The notes beneath the pieces are model-generated. The model saw only the letters and a program-made list of their open reading frames with translations. It was not told the DNA's origin and did no database searches. Below, piece after piece: positions 57,559 to 64,000 of a stretch of 64,000 nucleotides of DNA (positions are counted from its first letter, which is position 1; each line of letters begins with the position of its first letter). The translations under genes and the position numbers were made by a program. The DNA comes from Candidatus Saccharimonadota bacterium (GTDB taxonomy: Bacteria; Patescibacteriota; Saccharimonadia; Saccharimonadales; VXPC01), in assembly GCA_026707815.1 (NCBI GenBank), contig JAPOWB010000003.1:3380-67379 (forward strand). The letters are read 5' to 3'.

Positions 57559-60453
57559 CTAATTAATTTGAGAAATAGCTTTAACAATATCTAAATTAGC
57601 CGCTTTTCTAGCTGGCCAAAATGAAGCGATAAAAGCTACAATCACGGCAATCAAATAATAAAATACGATATCTTGCCATGGGATAGTAAATAACCAAGTC
57701 ACTTCATCAGAAGCTGCACCTGAAGTTGCACTAACCATAGTTTTGAGAATATGAAAGGTTAAACCGGCAAAAATTAAACCCAAGATAAAGCCAACTGTTG
57801 CTCCTATCAAAACTATCATGACTGCTTCAAAATTAACCATGGCTTTGACTTGCCTCTTAGTCATACCAGAAGCTCTGAGGACGCCAATTTCTCTAAATCT
57901 CTCCAAGATAGAGAGACTCAAAGTATTGAAAATACCGATGAAAGCCACAACCACCGATAAGCCAAACAAACCTCTTAAAACATTTAAAGTCACATTCAAA
58001 GCTGTTCGGACTTGACTAATCAAAAGAGATAAACTGGATAATCTGAGATTGGGGTATTTATCGGCTAAAGTTTTGAGATCTTCTTCTAAGCCTTCGTTAT
58101 CAGCTGAAGCTTGAGAATTCATCAGAAAATCAATCTTATAAAGATTCGGATTAAATCGACTAAAGGTAGAATGATTCATCAATAAATTTGGAGGCCAATG
58201 CTCGCCATATTCTAAATCCCCTGGATCAAATGTTCCACCTATAGTATATTCAGTCTGATGACCTCTGTCTGATAGCAAAACTAAACTTTGACCAATATGA
58301 CTTTTAAATTTCCCATCATCAGCGATTAATATTTGACCCTGATTTAAAACTTGAATATCCTTATCAGTTAATTGCAAATTGCTAACAGTATTAATGGTGT
58401 TAGGATTAAGTCCGACTACTGCCAGATAAGTTGGATCTTCAGAAGCAACCTGATGCTTGAGTTGACCAAAAGTTAGACTAGATTGAAGTTTATTAAAATC
58501 CGTGATACCTTCTAGTTGATTTATTTCTGCTTCTAAATTCTGATATTGCTCAAAACTAATTGATGGAGTAGTTGATGGTTGGGAATCAAAATATGACCGT
58601 TGAGTCACTAATGCCCAATCATTAAAGGTCACTGACTCAATTTCTGAAGTCACGGTTTTTTCAAACCAGCCAATACTGATAGTTATAAAGACAATTAAAA
58701 TCACTCCAACCACTAAAGTGTTAGTGGTTGTCGCTGAGCGTTTAGCATCTCGCCTTAAGTTGCTGGCAACTAGGTGACTATATTTGAAAAATGGCTTGAA
58801 AATATTCTCTAAAAGATAACTGCCTGCCTTAATTAACCAAGGCATTAAAATTAAACAGGAAATTGCCAAAGTTGATAGACTGAAAATTAAACTAGCAACC
58901 CTTGAAATATAATGAAATGGATTACTATTCTCATTTAAGCTAGATAAAGATAATAGGATTAAAATTAAAATTAAAATACTCAAACCCAGTCCAATTAAAC
59001 CCAGAATAGTTCTAATCTTAAGAGATTGCTTCACAAATTGATGAGTCTCTGCCAAACCTTCAACTACGCTGACTCGAGAAGCCTTAATAGCTGGAGTGAT
59101 TGAAGCCAATAAAGTAATAACTAAGCCTAAGCAGAAAGGATAGATAAAGTCTGACCAATTAAGGTGGAAATTGACTTCTGGAAGATTCAAACTATTAATA
59201 TCAATAATTTGTACTAACCCAACAACTACAAGTAAACCCAAACCGAGACCAATTAAACTAGCTACAACAGCTACAATTAAAGCCTCACAAGTTGCCAAAG
59301 AATAAATCTGTTTTCGACTAAAAGCTAAGGCTCTCAGTAAGGCCAATTCTTTGGTTCTTTGTACAAAAATAATATTAAAGGTATTAACAATGACAAAAAT
59401 ACCAACTAGCATGGCTAAGCTGATAAAAAATAATAGGATATAAGTCATAACCTTTAAAGCTTCTTCTAAAGCCTCGCCTAAAGTGTCTAAAGCCCCATAA
59501 ATTATGCTGTGATCAGTATATTGATCAATGGTAACTTTTGGATTATCCCCAGTCTGCTGTGAGAGTTTAGCAGTTAGATCTCTTCTGACTTGGTGGATTT
59601 GTGAAGATGATATTTTATCTAGCTTATCTTCATCTAAAAAGACATAGATATCTGTATATTGATTTGTCTTTAAGTCAGCTAATTGTTGAACTGTTTGAAT
59701 ATCAAAGATTAAATACCGGTAATGAATCTTATCTAATAAACCGCCCAAACCTTCCAATAAATCAGAAACATAATTGAATTTACTTTGGTTAAAACCAACA
59801 ATTTGAACTGACTGGCTCTTATCCAGTTGATTGTTATGCAAAATTTCAACAGTTAAATCTTGACCAATTTCTAGCTGATGATCTAAAGCCAACTTATAAT
59901 CAATGACAACTTCTGAGCTATTCTCGGGCAGACGACCATCAATCAAAATGAAGGGATTATAAGAGGCTTTGTCATCAATATAATGACTAATAATATTAGT
60001 CTCAAATATTTGATCATAATCGGCATCAAAATCACTGTTAATAATTTCTTTTGATGATGAAGTTTTAACCCTTAAAGTTTTTGAATTCCAGTTCCAATCA
60101 TCTAAATGAACTTGACCAATGATGCCATCAATCCAATCAGAGTCTACGGTTTTTAACTGGTTGATTACCTGGTCATCAGGAAAGTATCGATCAATATTCC
60201 TCGAATCATTGTTGTGACTAATTTCAACAATTTCATTGCTATCGGCTAAAAATTGATTCTCATCGGCTGATTTGACTACCAAGACATGGCTTTCTAAATC
60301 AACGGAATCAATGACTTGACTGAAAGTTGATCTCAAAGAACTGCTCAAAATGAGAGTCGTCGTCGCTAAACCAACCCCAAAAATAATAGTTAGACTAACA
60401 AAAAAGAATCTAAACTTATAGTTTTTAAAATTAGAAAAAGCAATTTTAAACAT
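57559..60453 (-). CDS. ABC transporter permease with two FtsX-like domains (MacB/YbbP-type)
   Basis: 964 aa with two 4-TM FtsX-type modules separated by large extracytoplasmic domains. It is adjacent to the cognate ATPase. Confidence 0.8.
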   Translation of the reverse strand: MFKIAFSNFKNYKFRFFFVSLTIIFGVGLATTTLILSSSLRSTFSQVIDSVDLESHVLVVKSADENQFLADSNEIVEISHNNDSRNIDRYFPDDQVINQLKTVDSDWIDGIIGQVHLDDWNWNSKTLRVKTSSSKEIINSDFDADYDQIFETNIISHYIDDKASYNPFILIDGRLPENSSEVVIDYKLALDHQLEIGQDLTVEILHNNQLDKSQSVQIVGFNQSKFNYVSDLLEGLGGLLDKIHYRYLIFDIQTVQQLADLKTNQYTDIYVFLDEDKLDKISSSQIHQVRRDLTAKLSQQTGDNPKVTIDQYTDHSIIYGALDTLGEALEEALKVMTYILLFFISLAMLVGIFVIVNTFNIIFVQRTKELALLRALAFSRKQIYSLATCEALIVAVVASLIGLGLGLLVVVGLVQIIDINSLNLPEVNFHLNWSDFIYPFCLGLVITLLASITPAIKASRVSVVEGLAETHQFVKQSLKIRTILGLIGLGLSILILILILLSLSSLNENSNPFHYISRVASLIFSLSTLAISCLILMPWLIKAGSYLLENIFKPFFKYSHLVASNLRRDAKRSATTTNTLVVGVILIVFITISIGWFEKTVTSEIESVTFNDWALVTQRSYFDSQPSTTPSISFEQYQNLEAEINQLEGITDFNKLQSSLTFGQLKHQVASEDPTYLAVVGLNPNTINTVSNLQLTDKDIQVLNQGQILIADDGKFKSHIGQSLVLLSDRGHQTEYTIGGTFDPGDLEYGEHWPPNLLMNHSTFSRFNPNLYKIDFLMNSQASADNEGLEEDLKTLADKYPNLRLSSLSLLISQVRTALNVTLNVLRGLFGLSVVVAFIGIFNTLSLSILERFREIGVLRASGMTKRQVKAMVNFEAVMIVLIGATVGFILGLIFAGLTFHILKTMVSATSGAASDEVTWLFTIPWQDIVFYYLIAVIVAFIASFWPARKAANLDIVKAISQIN

Positions 60454-60489
60454 CTAAAAGTAGCTTGATACTTAAAAAATACGAATAAT

Positions 60490-61278
60490 TTACTTCTCCA
60501 AGACATCTAGTTGTCTGGCAATCTGGGCTGTGGTTGGCTTAATAATTTGACTAAAAATTGCTCCATCCTTTAAAAAGATAACTCGCTGGGCATAGCTGGC
60601 GGCTTTAACACTATGAGTCACCATGACAATGGCTTGATTATATTTTTGATTAGCTTGCCCCAAGAAATCCAATACATTGGCTCCGGTTTTGGTGTCTAGA
60701 TTGCCACTGGGTTCGTCAGCAAAAATAATCTGAGGACGAGTCATTAAAGCTCGAGCTATAGCTACTCTTTGTTGTTGCCCTCCAGATAACTGATGAGGCA
60801 GATGATTAAGTCGATCAGCTAAAGCTAAATGATTGACAAGTTCATCAAACCAAGCTTTTTGATCTTTAGATAAAGTTTTCTGAGCTTTAACCATTAGAGG
60901 TAGTAAGATATTGGCTTGGGCTGATAGAGTTGGCAATAAATTAAAGGATTGAAAAACAAATCCAATTTGATATCTCCTTAAAATTGTCAGCTGGTAATCC
61001 GACAAACGAGTAATATCATATCCAGCCAACTTGATTAAACCTTGGGTCGGTCGATCTAAGGTGGCCCAACAATGCAAGAGAGTCGATTTACCAGAACCAC
61101 TTGGTCCCATAATAGCCAAAAATTCTCCCTGTTTGAGTTGGAGTGAAACATCATTTAAAGCCAAAACCTTTAAATTACCCTGAGTATAAACTTTGCTTAA
61201 ATTAGATATTTCAGCTACAAGTGGCTGATCATTAGGACTACTAGCCTTAATTTGCTGTTGAGATGCGTGAGTTGACAT
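60490..61278 (-). CDS. ABC transporter ATP-binding protein (MacB/LolD-like)
   Basis: Walker A GPSGSGKST, signature LSGGQQQR, Walker B IIFADEPSGNLD. Confidence 0.9.
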   Translation of the reverse strand: MSTHASQQQIKASSPNDQPLVAEISNLSKVYTQGNLKVLALNDVSLQLKQGEFLAIMGPSGSGKSTLLHCWATLDRPTQGLIKLAGYDITRLSDYQLTILRRYQIGFVFQSFNLLPTLSAQANILLPLMVKAQKTLSKDQKAWFDELVNHLALADRLNHLPHQLSGGQQQRVAIARALMTRPQIIFADEPSGNLDTKTGANVLDFLGQANQKYNQAIVMVTHSVKAASYAQRVIFLKDGAIFSQIIKPTTAQIARQLDVLEK

Positions 61279-61336
61279 ACCCTTTTGCTGAGAAAGAATA
61301 AATAAATTAAATTTTTAAAAAACAATCATGTCTATA

Positions 61337-61771
61337 TGGTGGAGCTGGCGGGCACTACCCCCGCATCCGCTACATTGTAACAACTCTACGCTTTACAAGT
61401 TTAGTCCATTTAAAAAATTTCTTTGTCGACTTGTTGATCTTAAAAACAGACAAAATGACCAACAATAACGCAAGTTTATTTCTTGAAGATATTCCACTAC
61501 AAATATCTGGCAATCTCGAAAAATATGAAATCTTTAAACTTCTGATTCAAATCGAGATGGTTTGGAAAAAATGAAATTTAAAGTTTGCTTAGAATTAATC
61601 TAGGCAAAAGCATGAACTGCGGAAGATCTCCTAAAAATATCTAGGCAATTCCGAATTCCTGCTACGATATAGTTTTCGGCAACTATAGTTTTTGGCTCAA
61701 TAATGGCAAGCCTAACCAACTTGCACGTTTCTGGTTGTCAAAGAACATACGTCTAACTTAAAGTCAGCCCC
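61337..61771 (-). ncRNA. ssrA: tmRNA
   Basis: The 5' end GGGGCTGACTTTAAGTTAGACG and the 3' end GCCCGCCAGCTCCACCA form a tRNA-Ala-like acceptor with G3:U70. The resume context AAAAACUAUAGUU|GCC GAA AAC UAU parallels E. coli (from memory). Predicted tag is AENYIVAGIRNCLDIFRRSSAVHAFA followed by TAG (61680..61600). Confidence 0.85.
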
Positions 61772-62009
61772 CAACTATCATTCAACTTTCGAATAATTGA
61801 ATAACACTTAAGAATGACTATATTCTCTTTGGTTTTCAAGAGATAAAGTCTAGGACATTATTCTAGCACACTTTTACCTAAACAATGAGTAGATACAGAA
61901 AGTAACTCTCTGAGGGGAGTGAGTATGTCATTGATATACATTAACATGCCTAATTCAAGCACATCTTGCAATTACAACACATACCTCACTCCCCCGAAGC
62001 GAACCTTGT

Positions 62010-62282
62010 TTAGGTCAGCGATGGAATGCCAACCTCTCTCGCTTGACGGTTGATCCGTCGACGCAAATCGTCGGGAAGAACCACGCCTTCCTTTGACAGA
62101 AGTCTCGTCGCATCACGACACTGCTGCCGAAACGCCTGACGAGACAAATCAGGAATCTCCGTACAATCAATGTCCACCACAAGGTAGACTAGAGTGTTGA
62201 GAAGATGAGCGTCGGCAGTATTCTCCAAGATGGGGAGTAAACTCCCCTGCAGAAGATTGTCACCCCAGTAATCATATTGCAT
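62010..62282 (-). CDS. G+C-rich orphan protein (cassette G, 90 aa)
   Basis: GAAAGGAGA lies 6 nt before the ATG. Composition is far above flanking DNA. No motif recognised. Confidence 0.55.
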   Translation of the reverse strand: MQYDYWGDNLLQGSLLPILENTADAHLLNTLVYLVVDIDCTEIPDLSRQAFRQQCRDATRLLSKEGVVLPDDLRRRINRQAREVGIPSLT

Positions 62283-62375
62283 CTTTATCTCCTTTCTTTT
62301 GTCGATTGATCAGACAAGATGCTCACTGCATTTACTCTCAAACTCTATTAGTCTAAGATAATTACAGCTGTATAT

Positions 62376-62404
62376 ATTATATAATATTCTTATGCTTAAA
62401 GCAA
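62376..62404 (-). promoter_or_regulatory. sigma70-type promoter of cassette G
   Basis: Minus strand: TTGCTT (62399-62404), 17-nt spacer, TATAAT (62376-62381). The spacer and -10 region are nearly identical to the cassette D promoter. Confidence 0.5.
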
Positions 62405-62420
62405 TCATCGACTAGATGCA

Positions 62421-63260
62421 GTGTCCTCTTTGTTTTCAAAAAAATTCAATGACAATGTCAGCGATAATTTTAAGATAGAAAATCTATTGATCACTTATTG
62501 TAGGGAAGAATGCCTATACTGTATGATTAAAAAAATGCTAAATGATTTAACTAAGGGTTATCGATTCAAGCAAGCTCTACAAGATGATGGTTTGTCAATA
62601 ATCGCCGAAATTAAACGTCGTTCTCCATCGGCTGGAATCTTAAAGTCAGATTTGGATATTTCGCAATTAGTTTGTGACTATCGTGATGGTGGAGCAAGTT
62701 GTTTATCAGTCTTAACTAACGAAACCCTTTTCGGAGGATCGGATAAAGATTTAAGGGAAGTTGCCCGAATTTCAGAATTACCCATACTGCGTAAAGATTT
62801 TTTGACAAATTTTCAAGATATTGAAGCTAGCCAAGTCATGGGAGCAGATGCCGTTTTACTGATTGTCTCCGAGATCGAACCAGTTAAATTAAAATCTATG
62901 CATGAATTGGCTCTAAAATTAAAGATGGATGTTGTAACTGAAATTCGTCACTCAGAAGAATTTGAACTAGCTATTCAAGCTGGAGCTTATATGATTATGG
63001 TTAATCAACGAAATCAACCCAAAAGCCAAAGTTTCAGCGTTGATTATGATAAAGCCTTAAAAATGCGTTATCTCTTTAATGGATATGACGAGATTATTAA
63101 AATAGCTGGTTCAGGGATTAACATGACAGGAGGAACAAATATTGCTAAGTTAAATGCAGTTGGCTATGATGCTGCTTTAATTGGCGAAGCTCTCTTAACA
63201 TCGGCAGATCCTAAAGCTAATTTATGTTCATTGTTAAAACAAGCCAGTGAATCAGCTTAA
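62421..63260 (+). CDS. trpC: indole-3-glycerol-phosphate synthase-like (TrpC fold)
   Basis: IIAEIKRRSPSAG, LSVLTNE..FGG and LPILRKDF motifs in TrpC order. The start is uncertain (GTG 62421 or an internal ATG). Confidence 0.75.
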   Translation: MSSLFSKKFNDNVSDNFKIENLLITYCREECLYCMIKKMLNDLTKGYRFKQALQDDGLSIIAEIKRRSPSAGILKSDLDISQLVCDYRDGGASCLSVLTNETLFGGSDKDLREVARISELPILRKDFLTNFQDIEASQVMGADAVLLIVSEIEPVKLKSMHELALKLKMDVVTEIRHSEEFELAIQAGAYMIMVNQRNQPKSQSFSVDYDKALKMRYLFNGYDEIIKIAGSGINMTGGTNIAKLNAVGYDAALIGEALLTSADPKANLCSLLKQASESA

Positions 63261-63447
63261 GAGACATTTCTTTGGGTTCAAATTATTGACAATTGGAGGA
63301 TGAAATCCAAAGCACAATACCCGCAACTTGATAAAACACTAACAGATGGTATGATATAAATGACTATTTCACCAATAATGTAGCATTTATTAGATATAAA
63401 TCTGCCTCAAACTTCTCTTTTACCCAAAAAGTAAATTTATTAATTTC

Positions 63448-64000
63448 ATGTCCGAAATCTTAATTAAGAAAAACTATTTAGAAGACTCGGCATTCAGCCA
63501 TAACAACTTCATTGATCCACCCGAAATTAATTCAGATAATACACCTCAAACAGATACAAACAGTCAAAAATTTATATCTAAACAGCAACTCATGAGAGAG
63601 GTTGCGATTGGTAGAACAAGATTATACGAATATATTAATCATGATTTGATTGAGATTAATTGCGATGCTGATAAAAGCAATCAAGAATGCTATTCTGTCG
63701 AGAACATTGACAGAATTAAACAAATAAGACAATTGACGAAATTAGGTTATGAGTTGGCTGAGATTAAAAATTTAATCGAAAATCAAACTGTTCATCAAAC
63801 TTTAGAAAGACTCAAACAAGCCTTAACCAGACAAGAATTAATGGAGCTGACTGATAGCAATAAACAGCATATTCTGAAGCTGGAACAAAAAGGCTTAATC
63901 CAAGCTCTTCCTAACACGCGATTTAGATATTATGATTCTAAAACCGTAGAACAGATTCACCTTATAAAAAAAATGCTACCCATTTGCTATACATACAGCA
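63448..64000 (+). CDS. MerR-like HTH protein, two tandem HTH modules (3' end outside window)
   Basis: Hand-translated open frame from the ATG at 63448 to the window edge. ...REVAIGRTRLYEYINHDLI...YSVENIDRIKQIRQLTKLGYELAEIKNLI resembles the MerR N-terminal domain, and a second similar unit follows. Confidence 0.5.
   Translation, partial: MSEILIKKNYLEDSAFSHNNFIDPPEINSDNTPQTDTNSQKFISKQQLMREVAIGRTRLYEYINHDLIEINCDADKSNQECYSVENIDRIKQIRQLTKLGYELAEIKNLIENQTVHQTLERLKQALTRQELMELTDSNKQHILKLEQKGLIQALPNTRFRYYDSKTVEQIHLIKKMLPICYTYS

Noticed and set aside
61935-61967. Mini-ORF MCCNCKMCLN in the loop of the cassette G 3' hairpin (minus strand).
   Set aside because: It is 10 codons long, lies in an A+T-rich loop, and has no proper SD spacing. 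Most likely chance.
1-64000. The motif GGGGGAG recurs near cassette ends (about 10, 23575, 27550, 61992, and with one change at 33948).
   Set aside because: The same or longer G-runs followed by AG also occur inside ordinary coding sequence (for example near 48140 and 48973). Many other G5/C5 runs exist, so the heptamer alone is not a specific signal. Only the longer D/G similarity is retained.
1-64000. Genome-wide reassignment of TAG to a sense codon.
   Set aside because: TAG terminates MurA at its conserved C-terminus. A TAG TAG doublet ends the AAA gene, the tmRNA tag ORF ends with TAG, and most TAG-terminated genes have short downstream frames. Only a weaker read-through or mobile-origin hypothesis is kept.
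1-64000. Searched for CRISPR arrays, rRNA, transposases or IS ends, integrases, reverse transcriptase (YxDD), and DGR template/variable repeat pairs.
   Set aside because: No regularly spaced direct repeats, no rRNA-like sequence, no recombinase or RT motifs in any track ORF, and no long near-identical repeat pair were noticed by eye.

Overview
This 64-kb chromosomal segment comes from a small-genome, A+T-rich bacterium. Gene content points to a Patescibacteria/CPR-like lineage, which is an inference. The supporting content is short AlaRS and MetRS, UvrA/UvrB, Obg, MnmA, an alaS-ruvX-mltG-M23 cluster, a giant PilX-like surface protein, and little biosynthesis. Most native start codons lack a Shine-Dalgarno (SD) sequence or sit 7-13 nt after a TATAAT box. 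I can support about 45 CDS, six tRNAs (an Arg-Pro-Lys cluster, Leu, His, Val) and one tmRNA. I saw no rRNA, CRISPR array, transposase, integrase or reverse transcriptase. The most unusual signal is a set of five G+C-rich mini-cassettes near 0.1-1.6, 9.1-10.2, 23.5-24.5, 27.5-28.0 and 61.9-62.4 kb. Each has a host-type promoter in A+T-rich DNA, a strong AAGGAG-type SD, one or two orphan ORFs and a 3' hairpin. Some share flanking sequence although their ORFs are unrelated. Other points of interest:
- a 175-nt ORF-free structured element (33877-34051) closed by a ~24-bp helix;
- two candidate defence or accessory modules: AAA/DUF4143 + DUF3800 behind the tRNA cluster, and MazG-like + GIY-YIG/DUF2075;
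- tandem class-II Fic genes, one interrupted by a single in-frame TAG;
- a decayed ORF abutting tRNA-His with three in-frame TAGs, so all four internal stops seen are amber;
- a T9G10 homopolymer in front of a small membrane-protein gene;
- an HTH-MurA fusion;
- a tmRNA with an odd T-loop.
All function calls rest on motifs I recognise by eye. No database search was possible.
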